Shown here piece after piece: positions 54,863 through 64,000 of a DNA stretch of 64,000 nucleotides. Positions within the stretch are counted from its first letter, which is position 1, and every line of letters starts with the position of its first letter. The DNA comes from an uncultured Chloroflexia bacterium (GTDB lineage Bacteria; Chloroflexota; Limnocylindria; Limnocylindrales; CSP1-4): assembly GCA_963801745.1 (NCBI GenBank), contig CAWDFY010000003.1, positions 78,151-142,150 of the forward strand, written 5' to 3'. The notes below the pieces were generated by a model. It made no database searches, was not told the DNA's origin, and worked only from the letters and a program-made list of their open reading frames with translations. A program made the translations under genes and the position numbers.

Positions 54863-56364
54863 GCGTGGGTGGGGTCGGTCGGCTCCCCTGCCCCGTCCTC
54901 CGGGTCGGCCTTCCGGGCGCGCCGTCGCGTCGCCGGCTTGGGCGTCGCGTCCGCTGGCAGGAGGTCGGGATCGGCCGCGCCAGGAGCGGACGTCGACGTC
55001 ACGTCGGATCGTGGCGTGCGCGACCGCCGTTTCGGCGCAGCGGCCGCCGGCGGCGGCGCGACCGTCGATCCGGGTTCCGGCGCGGCGTCGCCCGTCGCGT
55101 CCCGCTGCGCCAGCGCCTCGAACAGCAGGATCGACCCGGCGACCGCGGCGTTGAGCGAGCCGACCGCGCCCTTCATCGGGATGCGGATGAACACGTCGCA
55201 CCGCCGGCGCACGGCCGGACCGAGCCCCTGGCCCTCGCTCCCGACGACGATCGCCAGCGGTCCTCGCAGGTCCGCCTCGCGCGCGGCCAGCGGCGCGTCA
55301 CCGTCGGATCCGGCGATGCGCACGCCCCGCGCGTGGAGGTCGCTGAGCGCAGCCGCGAGGTCGTCGGCCGGGCTGAGCAGGAGGTGCTCGATGGCGCCCG
55401 CCGATGCCTTCACCGCGGATGGGCTCAGTGGCGCCTGGCGATGCGTCGGGAACACGATGCCGTGGACGCCGGCCGCCTCGGCGCTGCGCAGCAGCGAGCC
55501 GACGTTGTGCGGGTCCTCGAGCGAGTCGAGCACGAGGATGAACGGGGGCTCGGAGCGCTCCGCCGCGCGGACCAGGATGTCATCGAGCGACGCGAACCGG
55601 CGTGGCTCGACCACGAGGGCGATGCCCTGGTGGCCGTCGAAGCCGGCGAGCGCCGTGAGCGAGCCACCCTCGACCTCCTCGATCGGGATGCGCAGCTTGG
55701 TGGCATGCAGGACGAGCTTCTCGAGCGCGGCCCGCCGGTGCGGCACCACCAGCAGGCGGATCGCGGCGCGACGCGCGACGAAGGCCTCCTCGACCGGCCG
55801 ACGGCCCGCGACCAGCTCCTCGTCCGGACCGAGCGGCTCGGGCGGCGGCAGCGTCGGAGGGCGAGGGACGTGGCGCCCGGGCGGCGGGCGATGCGCGTCG
55901 GGCGGGCGGTACATGCCCGGCGGGCGGTCTCTGCCCAGCGGGCGGTACGGTCCGGGCGGACGCTGGTCGCGGTCTCGGTCACGGTCGACCGGCGGCGGTC
56001 CGTCGGGACCGGCGACCCACGGTGGTGGTCCGCGGTGCGGACGCGGGCCGGGCGGCCGGGGGCCGGTCTGGCGGGGCCACGGCGGCGCACCGCGCGGCCT
56101 GGCCGACGGCGGCCGGGGGCCGGGTGGTCGCGGGCCGGGCGGTCGCTGACGGTCGTCGGGCGGGCCCGGTTGCCACGACCGACGCTGGCCGCCGGGCGGC
56201 GGCCCACCGCGGCGCGGCCCGGGCGGGCGCCCGTGGTCCCCGCCGGCGTCGCGACGCGGGCCGTGACCACCGTGGCCTCCGTGACCGCCGCTGCCGCCGT
56301 GACCGCCGCGGCCGCCGTGCTGCCCACCATCCCGACGGCGATCGTCGCGCGGGCGATCAGCCAC
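54859..56364 (-). CDS. rlmB: SpoU/TrmH-family 23S rRNA (guanosine-2'-O)-methyltransferase RlmB-like, with a long low-complexity N-terminus and basic C-terminal tail
   Basis: ORF 54859..56565 trimmed to GTG 56362-56364 (8-nt overlap with the cysS end). The core has LVLDSLEDPHNVGSLLRSAEAAGV, IVVGSEGQGL and IPMKGAVGSLNAAVAGSILLFE. The start is uncertain; the alternative is ATG 55912-55914. Confidence 0.8.
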   Translation of the reverse strand: MADRPRDDRRRDGGQHGGRGGHGGSGGHGGHGGHGPRRDAGGDHGRPPGPRRGGPPPGGQRRSWQPGPPDDRQRPPGPRPPGPRPPSARPRGAPPWPRQTGPRPPGPRPHRGPPPWVAGPDGPPPVDRDRDRDQRPPGPYRPLGRDRPPGMYRPPDAHRPPPGRHVPRPPTLPPPEPLGPDEELVAGRRPVEEAFVARRAAIRLLVVPHRRAALEKLVLHATKLRIPIEEVEGGSLTALAGFDGHQGIALVVEPRRFASLDDILVRAAERSEPPFILVLDSLEDPHNVGSLLRSAEAAGVHGIVFPTHRQAPLSPSAVKASAGAIEHLLLSPADDLAAALSDLHARGVRIAGSDGDAPLAAREADLRGPLAIVVGSEGQGLGPAVRRRCDVFIRIPMKGAVGSLNAAVAGSILLFEALAQRDATGDAAPEPGSTVAPPPAAAAPKRRSRTPRSDVTSTSAPGAADPDLLPADATPKPATRRRARKADPEDGAGEPTDPTHA

Positions 56365-57775
56365 GACTGACCTCGGCGACGCGCCGCCAGCGCTGCCCGT
56401 CCCGGGTGTCCTCCACGACCACGCCTCGATCCGCGAGCGCGTCGCGCAGACGGTCGGACGCGGCCCAGTCACGCGCGGCGCGCGCCGCCGCGCGGTCGTC
56501 GAGCATCGCCTGCAGGGCCGGCTCGAGCGTCTCGATCGCCGCCTCCGGCAGGACGCCGAACACACGGTCGAGGTCGCGCACCGCCGCGGTGGCCATGGCG
56601 GCGTCGTCGGTCGACAGCGAGCGGGTCTCGATCCGCCGGTTCAGGTCGCGAACGAGCTCGAACAGCGCGGCCAGCGCCGCGGACACGTTGAGGTCGTCGT
56701 CAAGGGCTCCACCGAACGCGGTCCGGGCGGCATCCAGCGAGCCGGTGAGACCGGGATCGCCGGGGCCGTCCCCCCGGTAGGTCTCGAGGGCCAGGAGGAG
56801 CGTGTCGAGCCGGTCAACCGCCGCGCCCGCGGCCGCCAGCGATGCCTCCGAGAAGTCGAGGCCGGCCCGGTAGTGGACGGCCAGCAGCGCATAGCGCAGC
56901 GCCCTCGGCGACGCGCCGGTCTCGAGCACGTCCGCGACACGCGCGATGTTGCCGGTCGACTTGGCCATCTTCGCGCCACTCGATCGCAGGTGGGCGCAAT
57001 GGAGCCAGGTTTCCACGAACGGCTCGCCGGTCGCGGCCTCGCTCTGGGCGATCTCGTCCTCATGGTGCGGGAAGACCAGATCGACGCCGCCGGTGTGGAT
57101 GTCGAAGGACGGCCCGAGGTGGGCCATGCTCATCGCCGAGCACTCGATGTGCCAGCCCGGCCGGCCCTCGCCGATCCGCGTCGACCACGACGGCTCGCCC
57201 GGCTTCGGCCCCTTCCAGAGCGCGAAGTCGCGGACGTCGTCCTTGCCGTACTCGTCGGCCTCGACCCGCTCGCCGACGCGCATCCCGTCGGGGTCCAGCC
57301 GAGCGAGGCGGCCGTAGGCCGGCCACGACGAGATCCGGAAGAAGATCGATCCGTCGTCGGTGCGGTACGCGTGGCCGCGCTCGAGCAGGGTCTCGATGAG
57401 GTCCACGATCTCGTCGATGTGCTCGGTCGCGCGGGGCAGCACGTCCGGCCGGGTCATCCGCAGCGTCTCGGCGTCGGCGAGGAACCGCTCCAGGTACCGC
57501 CCGGCGAGCTCGCCGATCGAGGCGCCGGCGTCGACGGCGCCTCGGATGATCTTGTCATCGACGTCGGTGATGTTCATCACCCAGCGGACGGTGTGACCGC
57601 GCCAGCGCAGATGGCGGACCAGGAGGTCGGCGAACAGGAACGACCGGAAGTTGCCGATGTGAGCCGGGCCGTACACGGTCGGGCCACACGAGTAGATCCG
57701 GACGCCGTCGTCGCGCAGCGGGACCAGCGGGCGCGTCTCGCCGGTCAGCGTGTCGTGCAACCGGACGCCGCTCAT
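56357..57775 (-). CDS. cysS: cysteine--tRNA ligase
   Basis: ORF 56357..57775, 472 aa. HIGN (class I HIGH) and KMAKS (KMSKS) motifs. Confidence 0.95.
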   Translation of the reverse strand: MSGVRLHDTLTGETRPLVPLRDDGVRIYSCGPTVYGPAHIGNFRSFLFADLLVRHLRWRGHTVRWVMNITDVDDKIIRGAVDAGASIGELAGRYLERFLADAETLRMTRPDVLPRATEHIDEIVDLIETLLERGHAYRTDDGSIFFRISSWPAYGRLARLDPDGMRVGERVEADEYGKDDVRDFALWKGPKPGEPSWSTRIGEGRPGWHIECSAMSMAHLGPSFDIHTGGVDLVFPHHEDEIAQSEAATGEPFVETWLHCAHLRSSGAKMAKSTGNIARVADVLETGASPRALRYALLAVHYRAGLDFSEASLAAAGAAVDRLDTLLLALETYRGDGPGDPGLTGSLDAARTAFGGALDDDLNVSAALAALFELVRDLNRRIETRSLSTDDAAMATAAVRDLDRVFGVLPEAAIETLEPALQAMLDDRAAARAARDWAASDRLRDALADRGVVVEDTRDGQRWRRVAEVSRG

Positions 57776-58959
57776 CGGGTGGCCTCGATCGTGGCGAGGG
57801 CCAGCGCGGAGATCGACCGTCCGGCGCCGTCGGCGCCATCGAGGTTGCCCGACGAGGCCTTGACGCTGACGGTGTCGACCTCCAGCCCGAGCAGCACCGC
57901 GATCGCGCCACGCATGGCTTCGAGGTGGGACGCCAGCCGCGGTCTGGCACCGACGATCGTCACGTCGACGCCGGCCGGTCGCCAGCCCGCCTCCGCCAGC
58001 CGATGGAAGACGGCGGCGAGGAGGTCGCGGCTCTCGATGCCGCGCGGCGTCGACGGGCCGGCCGGGAACATCCGGCCGAGGTCGCCCAGACCGGCCGCGC
58101 CGAGGAGCGCGTCGGCGATGGCGTGGAGGGCGACGTCGCCGTCGGAATGGCCGTACAGGCCCGGCGCGCCGGGGATCTCGATGCCACCGAGCCGCAGCGG
58201 CCCACCAGGTCCGAACGGGTGCCCGTCGTGCCCGATCCCGGTTCGCCGAGCCGGGCTCGCCCCGCCGAGGAGCGCAGCCGCCCGCTCGAGATCGGCCGGG
58301 ATCGTCACCTTGAGGTTGGCGGCATCGCCGGGCACGACATGGACGTCGATGCTACACGCCTCGAGCAGCGCGGCTTCGTCGGTCCACGTCCCGTCCGCGG
58401 CAACGGCGCTGCCGAGCGCGTCGCGCATGATCCCGCGGCGGACGCCCTGCGGCGTCTGTGCCGCAGCGAGCGACGACCGGTCGACCGTCGATCCGACGCG
58501 ATCCCCGTCGATGCGCTTGAGCGTCTCACTGACCGGCAGGGCCGGGATCGCCGCGCCATGCCGTGCGGTTGCGTCGACCACGTCGCGGACGAGCGTCGGC
58601 GACACGGCTGGGCGTGCCCCGTCATGGACGAGCGTCACGCGATCACCGCCCGGGTCCGGGCGTGCGGTCTCGAGGGCAGCGAAGCCCGCCCGGACGGAAT
58701 CCTGGCGACGCTCGCCACCCGCCGCGAACCAGGTCCGGACCTCGGGCACCCAGCCCCCCAGGACGAGGGCATCGCGCCGGGCGTCGGTGGTCACGACGAC
58801 GATGCCGTCGACCTCCGGGGCAGCGGCCAGCGACGCGATGGCATGGGCCAGGACGGGCCGATCGCCGATCGTGACCAGCAGCTTGTCCACGCCGCCCATC
58901 CGGGTCGATGTCCCGGCCGCCACGACGATGGCATCGGCGCTCCGCGCTGCCACGCTCAA
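57772..58959 (-). CDS. ispDF: bifunctional IspD/IspF (MEP cytidylyltransferase / MEcPP synthase)
   Basis: ORF 57772..58959, 395 aa, TTG start. The N-terminal half has VVAAGTSTRMG...DKL (IspD). The C-terminal half has GIGHDGHPF...GHSDGDVALHAI (IspF). Confidence 0.92.
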   Translation of the reverse strand: MSVAARSADAIVVAAGTSTRMGGVDKLLVTIGDRPVLAHAIASLAAAPEVDGIVVVTTDARRDALVLGGWVPEVRTWFAAGGERRQDSVRAGFAALETARPDPGGDRVTLVHDGARPAVSPTLVRDVVDATARHGAAIPALPVSETLKRIDGDRVGSTVDRSSLAAAQTPQGVRRGIMRDALGSAVAADGTWTDEAALLEACSIDVHVVPGDAANLKVTIPADLERAAALLGGASPARRTGIGHDGHPFGPGGPLRLGGIEIPGAPGLYGHSDGDVALHAIADALLGAAGLGDLGRMFPAGPSTPRGIESRDLLAAVFHRLAEAGWRPAGVDVTIVGARPRLASHLEAMRGAIAVLLGLEVDTVSVKASSGNLDGADGAGRSISALALATIEATR

Positions 58960-58962
58960 GGA

Positions 58963-60042
58963 TCAGGCCGAGGAATCGAGCCGCGGCTGCGCGAAGATCA
59001 TCCGACCGGCGACGGTCTGGAGCACCCGCGTGACCGCGACGTCGAGGTCCTTGTCGATGTGTCGCGCGCCACCCTCGACCACGATCATCGTCCCGTCGTC
59101 GAGGAACCCGACGCCCTGGCCCGCCTCCTTGCCTTCCTGGATGACGCGCACGCGCAGCTCCTCGCCGGGCAGGACCGCCGGCTTCACGGCGTTGGCGAGG
59201 GAGTTGATGTTCATCACCCGGACGCCCTGCAGCTCGGCCACCCGGTTGAGGTTGAAGTCGTTCGTGAGGATGACCCCGCTGCGGGCGCGCGCCAGCGCGA
59301 CGAGCTTGGCGTCGACCTCGGTCTCGGATGGGACGGCGTCCTCGACGACCTCGACCGGTGTGCCCGGCTCCTTCTGCATGCGGTTGAGGATCTCGAGACC
59401 CCGACGCCCGCGGTTGCGGCGGAGCGTGTCGGAGCTGTCGGCGATGTGCTGGAGCTCATCGAGCACGAAGCGCGGCACCACCAGCGTCCCGTAGATGAAG
59501 CCGCTCTCGACGATCTCGGCGATGCGGCCGTCGATGATCGCGGACGTGTCGACCACGATGCGTGGATCGCCGGTCCGCTCGGGCGTCGCCTTGCCGTCGT
59601 CCGGCCGGCCGAGCAATCCGGTCGCCTGCGCGGCCATGATCAGGTCCCGGCGCTTGGCGACGGTCAGGCCGAGCATGCCGAGCCCGAGGAACAGCGAGAC
59701 GCCGAGCGGGAGGATGTCGCCCCACGGCGGCGGGAGGTTGGCGAGCGGGACTCCGAGGAGCAGGCCCATCAACAGGCCCAGCGTCAGACCGATGACCGCG
59801 GTCACGAACTCCGCGGTCGACAGGTCCTCGACACGCGAGATCAGCCAAGCCGCCGGGACGACCGTCAGGTATGGCAGGATCGCGAACCCGACGACGACCC
59901 ACGCCACGACCCACAGCGCGAGCAGGAACCCGGCGTAGCTGGCGTCGCGGAAGAGGCCGTCGCCGGTCCCCGCGAGGACCAGCCCCACGAGACCGCCGAG
60001 GGCGGCTCCCAGTAGACGGATATAGCGGATCAACCTGGACAA
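58963..60042 (-). CDS. PIN- and TRAM-domain membrane protein (YacL-like)
   Basis: ORF 58963..60042, 359 aa, TTG start. It has four hydrophobic N-terminal segments and a PIN domain (IVVDTSAIIDGRI...ILTNDFNLNRVA). A TRAM-like C-terminus follows. It occupies the same slot as Bacillus yacL between radA and ispD. Confidence 0.8.
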   Translation of the reverse strand: MSRLIRYIRLLGAALGGLVGLVLAGTGDGLFRDASYAGFLLALWVVAWVVVGFAILPYLTVVPAAWLISRVEDLSTAEFVTAVIGLTLGLLMGLLLGVPLANLPPPWGDILPLGVSLFLGLGMLGLTVAKRRDLIMAAQATGLLGRPDDGKATPERTGDPRIVVDTSAIIDGRIAEIVESGFIYGTLVVPRFVLDELQHIADSSDTLRRNRGRRGLEILNRMQKEPGTPVEVVEDAVPSETEVDAKLVALARARSGVILTNDFNLNRVAELQGVRVMNINSLANAVKPAVLPGEELRVRVIQEGKEAGQGVGFLDDGTMIVVEGGARHIDKDLDVAVTRVLQTVAGRMIFAQPRLDSSA

Positions 60043-60091
60043 CCTCGAGATGAAGGTCGGTCGTCCACCCGGATAAGGCCTGGACGGGGCG

Positions 60092-61507
60092 TCAGCCTAG
60101 CATCGCGGGGACCGCATCGCCACGAGTGCGCGGAGCGTCGCCGAGGGCCTGGGCGATCGCGTCGCGGAGCGTCGCGACCTCGATCACGTGCATGCCCGGA
60201 ACGTCCGGCGTCGCGCCTCCGCGCGGCGGTCGAGGCACGATCGCGGCCGTGAACCCGAGCCGGGCCGCCTCGCGCAGCCGGCGCTCGAGCCCGGCGACCG
60301 GGCGCAGCTCGCCGAGCAACCCGACCTCGCCGATCGCCACGCTGTCGCCGGCGACCGCGCGATCGCGCATCGACGAGGCGAGGGCCAGCGCCACTGGCAG
60401 GTCGAGCCCGGGCTCGGCCACGCTCAGACCGCCGGCCAGGTTGGCGTAGACATCGTGCGAGCCCAGGGCGATACCCGCCCGACGGCCGAGCACCGCGACG
60501 AGCAGGCCGAGGCGGTTCGGGTCGATGCCGCTGGCCTTGCGGGCGGGCGTCCCGTAGCCGGCCGCCGCGACGAGCGCCTGGACCTCGACGAGGAGCGGAC
60601 GGCTGCCCTCCATCGTCGGCGCGACCACGCTGCCGGGCGCCGCCTCGGTGTGGTCGGCGAGGAACGCGCGGGCCGGGTCGTCGACCTCGCGCAGGCCGTC
60701 ACCGGCCATCTCGAAGACGCCGACCTCATCGGTCGAGCCGAACCGGTTCTTGGCCGCGCGGACCAGGCGCAGGGCCGCGAACCGCTCGCCCTCGAGCGCG
60801 ACCACGGCGTCGACGAGGTGCTCCATCGTCTTCGGCCCCGCGATCGACCCGTCCTTGGTCACGTGGCCCACGAGCACGACCGCGATCGCCTCGCCCTTCG
60901 CGAACTCCATGAACCGCACGGTGGATTCGCGAACCTGGCCGACACTGCCCGCCGCGCCGTCGAGCTCCTCGATCGTGGCGGTCTGGATCGAGTCGACCAC
61001 CAGCATCGCCGGCCGGGTCGATCGGGCGACGTCGACGATCCGGCCGACATCGCGCTCGGCGAGGACCTCGATGGCGGATCCCGCCGGGGCCTCGAGCAGG
61101 CCGAGGCGGTCGGCCCGGATGCGGACCTGGGCGGCCGATTCCTCGCCGGTCGCGTACAGCACCGGACGACCGATGCCGGCGGCGGCCTGGAGCAGCAGCG
61201 TGGACTTGCCGATGCCGGGCTCGCCCCCGAGCAGGATCAGCGAGCCCGGGACGATCCCGCCGCCCAGGACTCGGTCGAGCTCGCCGATCGACGTCGGCAG
61301 GCGCGGGACGGCCGGCTCGCCGATGTCGCGCAGCGGGACCGGATCGGTCGTGGCGAGCCCGGGACGGGCGGCACGGGACGATGACGTGGCGTGGACGACC
61401 GTCTCGACCAGGCTGTTCCACTCGCCGCAGGCGCGGCACTGGCCCTCCCAGCGAAGGAAGGCCTCGCCGCAGCTCTGACAGACGAACCGACTCGTGGCCT
61501 TGGCCAC
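60092..61507 (-). CDS. radA: DNA repair protein RadA (Sms)
   Basis: ORF 60092..61507, 471 aa. Zn-finger CQSCGEAFLRWEGQCRACGEW, Walker A GGEPGIGKST, KNRFG motif and a Lon-like C-terminal domain. Confidence 0.95.
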   Translation of the reverse strand: MAKATSRFVCQSCGEAFLRWEGQCRACGEWNSLVETVVHATSSSRAARPGLATTDPVPLRDIGEPAVPRLPTSIGELDRVLGGGIVPGSLILLGGEPGIGKSTLLLQAAAGIGRPVLYATGEESAAQVRIRADRLGLLEAPAGSAIEVLAERDVGRIVDVARSTRPAMLVVDSIQTATIEELDGAAGSVGQVRESTVRFMEFAKGEAIAVVLVGHVTKDGSIAGPKTMEHLVDAVVALEGERFAALRLVRAAKNRFGSTDEVGVFEMAGDGLREVDDPARAFLADHTEAAPGSVVAPTMEGSRPLLVEVQALVAAAGYGTPARKASGIDPNRLGLLVAVLGRRAGIALGSHDVYANLAGGLSVAEPGLDLPVALALASSMRDRAVAGDSVAIGEVGLLGELRPVAGLERRLREAARLGFTAAIVPRPPRGGATPDVPGMHVIEVATLRDAIAQALGDAPRTRGDAVPAMLG

Positions 61508-61514
61508 GTGAGGC

Positions 61515-63992
61515 TCAGTGCGCCTCGACCGGCGTCCGGGACTCGGCGGCGTGGATCTCCAGGCCGGCTTCCGGGTCCTTGTCGACGACGATCGTCGTGC
61601 CCGGTTCGTAGCGGCCCAGGAGCAGGTGCTCCGCGAGGACGTCCTCGATCATGTTCTGGATGACGCGGCGGAGCGGTCGGGCACCGTATGCGACGTCGTA
61701 CCCGAGCTTGATGATGTGCTCCTTGGCCGCCTCGGTGACCTCGAGCGACATCTGCTGCGCGCGCAGCTGGTCGCGCACCCGCGCCAGCATCAGGTCGACG
61801 ATCAGCGCCATCTCGTCGATCGTCAGGGATCGGAAGACGACGGTCGCGTCGATGCGGTTCAGGAACTCCGGCCGGAAGCTGTTCTTCAGCTCGGCGGCGA
61901 CCTTCTCCTTCATGAGCTCGTACGAGCTCTCGGCGCGCGCCTCGTCGGTCGTGCCCTGGACCCGGAAGCCGAGGCTCGAGTTCGTCTGGAGCTGCTTCGC
62001 CCCGAGGTTCGAGGTCATGATGATGATGCAGTTGCGGAAGTCGACCCGGCGGCCCTTGGCGTCGGACAGGTGCCCGTCCTCGAGGATCTGCAGGAGGATG
62101 TTGAACACCTCCGGGTGGGCCTTCTCGACCTCGTCGAGGAGGACGACCGCGTAGCTCTTGCGCCGCACGGCCTCGGTCAGCTGCCCGCCCTCGTCGAACC
62201 CGACGTAGCCGGGGGGTGCGCCGACGAGCCGGCTCACGTTGTGGCGCTCCATGAACTCGCTCATGTCGATCTTGATGAGCGCGTCCTCGCTGCCGAACAT
62301 GAACTCGGCGAGGGCCTTGGCGAGCTCCGTCTTCCCCACGCCGGTGGGGCCGAGGAAGATGAACGAGCCGATCGGACGCTTGGGGTCCTTGAGACCGGCG
62401 CGCGCGCGGCGCACGGCCTTGGACACGATGTCGATCGCCTCCTGCTGGCCGATGACGCGGTTGTGGAGGGCGTCCTCCATGTGCAGCAGCCGCTCGGACT
62501 CCTCCTGGGCGATGCGGGTGACCGGGATGCCCGTCCACATCGCGACGACCTGGGCGATCTCCTCGTCACCGACGCTCGGCTGGTCGCCGGACATCGTCGC
62601 CTGCCATTCGGCGCGCAGCGTGTCGACCGTCTCCTTGGCCGTCGCCTCGGCCTCGCGCAGCGTGGCCGCCTCCTCGTATTCCTGGTTGTTGATCGCCGCG
62701 TCCTTCTCCTTGGTGATGCGATCCAGCTCGCGCTGGGCCTCGCGCAGCGCCGGCGGGGCGGAGGCGTGACGCAGGCGGACGCGGGACGCGGCCTCGTCGA
62801 TGAGGTCGATGGCCTTGTCCGGGAGGTGGCGGTCGGTGATGTAGCGGATCGACAGGTCGGCGGCGGCGCGCACGGCCTCGTCGGTGATCGTCACCTTGTG
62901 GTGTTGCTCGTAGCGCTCGCGGATGCCCATCAGGATCTCGACCGTCTGCTCCATGGTCGGCTCCTCGACCATGACCGGCTGGAACCGCCGCTCGAGGGCC
63001 GCGTCGCGCTCGATGTACTTGCGGTACTCGTCGAGCGTCGTCGCCCCGATGCACTGGAGCTCGCCGCGCGACAGCGGCGGCTTGAGGATGTTGGCCGCGT
63101 CGATGGCGCCCTCGGCCGCGCCGGCGCCGACGAGCGTGTGAAGCTCGTCGATGAAGAGCACCGCGTCGTTGGTGTTGCGCAGCTCCTCGATGATCTTCTT
63201 GAGCCGCTCCTCGAACTCGCCGCGGTACTTCGTGCCGGCCACGAGCGAGCCGATGTCCAGCGTCAGGACGCGCTTGTTGAGCAGGATGTCGGGCACGTCG
63301 CCGGCGATGATCCGATGGGCGAGGCCCTCCGCGATGGCGGTCTTGCCGACGCCGGGCTCGCCGATGAGGGCCGGGTTGTTCTTGGTCTTGCGCCCGAGGA
63401 TCTGGATGACTCGCTCGATCTCCTTCTCGCGACCGATCACCGGGTCGAGCTTGCCCGCCCGGGCGGCCTCGGTCAGGTTGATGCCGAGCTGGTCGACGGT
63501 CGGGGTCTTGCTGGCGCGCTTCGTCTCCTGGGCGCTCGGACCGGCCGACGAGCTCTGCGACAGCACGCGGATGACCTCGTGGCGGACCTTGTCGAGGTTG
63601 ACGCCCAGCGACTCCAGGACGCCGGCGGCGATGCCCTCGCCCTCGCGGACGAGACCCAGCAGCAGGTGCTCTGTGCCGATGTAGTTGTGGCCGAGGCGGC
63701 GCGCCTCGTCGATGGCGAGCTCGATGACGCGCTTCGCGCGTGGCGTCAGCCCGACCTCACCGACCACCGGTCGATCGCCGCGGCCGATGATGAACTCGAC
63801 GGCCGTCCGGACCTTGGCCAGCTCGACGTTCATGTTCTCGAGGACCCGCGCAGCGACACCCTCGCCCTCACGGACGAGGCCGAGGAGCAGATGCTCCGTG
63901 CCGATGTAGTTGTGGTTGAACCGCTGCGCCTCGTCCTGCGCCAGAGTCAGGACCTTGCGCGCGCGATCCGTGAACTTGTCAAAGCGGTCCAT
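61515..63992 (-). CDS. clpC: ATP-dependent Clp protease ATP-binding subunit ClpC
   Basis: ORF 61515..63992, 825 aa. Duplicated Clp_N repeat ([20 protein letters not shown] twice), two AAA+ modules ([16 protein letters not shown]) and a UVR-like linker. Confidence 0.95.
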   Translation of the reverse strand: MDRFDKFTDRARKVLTLAQDEAQRFNHNYIGTEHLLLGLVREGEGVAARVLENMNVELAKVRTAVEFIIGRGDRPVVGEVGLTPRAKRVIELAIDEARRLGHNYIGTEHLLLGLVREGEGIAAGVLESLGVNLDKVRHEVIRVLSQSSSAGPSAQETKRASKTPTVDQLGINLTEAARAGKLDPVIGREKEIERVIQILGRKTKNNPALIGEPGVGKTAIAEGLAHRIIAGDVPDILLNKRVLTLDIGSLVAGTKYRGEFEERLKKIIEELRNTNDAVLFIDELHTLVGAGAAEGAIDAANILKPPLSRGELQCIGATTLDEYRKYIERDAALERRFQPVMVEEPTMEQTVEILMGIRERYEQHHKVTITDEAVRAAADLSIRYITDRHLPDKAIDLIDEAASRVRLRHASAPPALREAQRELDRITKEKDAAINNQEYEEAATLREAEATAKETVDTLRAEWQATMSGDQPSVGDEEIAQVVAMWTGIPVTRIAQEESERLLHMEDALHNRVIGQQEAIDIVSKAVRRARAGLKDPKRPIGSFIFLGPTGVGKTELAKALAEFMFGSEDALIKIDMSEFMERHNVSRLVGAPPGYVGFDEGGQLTEAVRRKSYAVVLLDEVEKAHPEVFNILLQILEDGHLSDAKGRRVDFRNCIIIMTSNLGAKQLQTNSSLGFRVQGTTDEARAESSYELMKEKVAAELKNSFRPEFLNRIDATVVFRSLTIDEMALIVDLMLARVRDQLRAQQMSLEVTEAAKEHIIKLGYDVAYGARPLRRVIQNMIEDVLAEHLLLGRYEPGTTIVVDKDPEAGLEIHAAESRTPVEAH

Positions 63993-64000
63993 CGAGTTCG

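Noticed and set aside
56250-56340. Short tandem repeats (ggcggtcac / ccgccgtgaccgcc units) that could be mistaken for a CRISPR-like or minisatellite array.
   Set aside because: The units are 9-18 nt and contiguous with no spacers. They lie inside the rlmB reading frame, where they encode a Gly-Gly-His low-complexity block. No cas genes or repeat-spacer architecture occur anywhere in the window.

Overview
This is a very GC-rich (about 70% by eye, not computed) 64-kb stretch of bacterial core chromosome. Every gene I can support lies on the minus strand: about 75 CDS and 4 tRNAs. In the direction of transcription (right to left) the order is as follows. First come clpC, radA, a PIN/TRAM membrane protein, fused ispDF, cysS and an rlmB-like methyltransferase. 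Next is a tRNA Thr-Tyr-Thr cluster followed by tuf (copy 2), rpmG, tRNA-Trp, secE, nusG, rplK-rplA, rplJ-rplL and rpoB-rpoC. Then rpsL-rpsG-fusA-tuf (copy 1) and the complete S10/spc/alpha ribosomal-protein operons with secY, adk, map and infA. These are followed by truA, rplM-rpsI, argF and a TPR protein, then the cdaA-cdaR-glmM-glmS operon, then acpS, nnrD and alr. After alr come a macro-domain gene and three uncharacterised genes, the t6A genes tsaE-tsaB-rimI-tsaD, and finally rsmA, ispE, ridA and the start of glmU. The order matches the Bacillus/Actinobacteria-type backbone; I cannot name the organism. I found no mobile element, CRISPR array, prophage or recognisable defence or toxin island, so this is an ordinary housekeeping region, not an accessory one. 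Six things are worth a second look. (1) There are two nucleotide-identical tuf copies forming a 1,210-bp direct repeat. (2) There are ten apparent single-base frame disruptions confined to rimI, glmM (3), cdaR (4), rpmD and rplD. They are most likely consensus indels, but seven of them fall on the two known CdaA regulators. (3) rpmD has no in-frame stop and reads into rplO. (4) An uncharacterised, translationally coupled gene set sits between alr/macro and tsaE: a small protein, a GlmL/MutL-like ASKHA protein and a 335-aa beta-rich protein. (5) The translation and transcription machinery carries lineage-specific features: a Cys4 tail on L24, an insertion in S12, acidic tails on L15 and S17, a coiled-coil insertion and triple NPFL tail on RpoC, and a long Pro/Gly/His/Arg-rich N-terminus on RlmB. 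(6) There are AT-rich promoter islands and structured leaders upstream of rpoB, rpsL, rplJ, the tRNA operon and glmS. Coordinates of non-ORF features were counted by hand and may be off by 1-2 nt.
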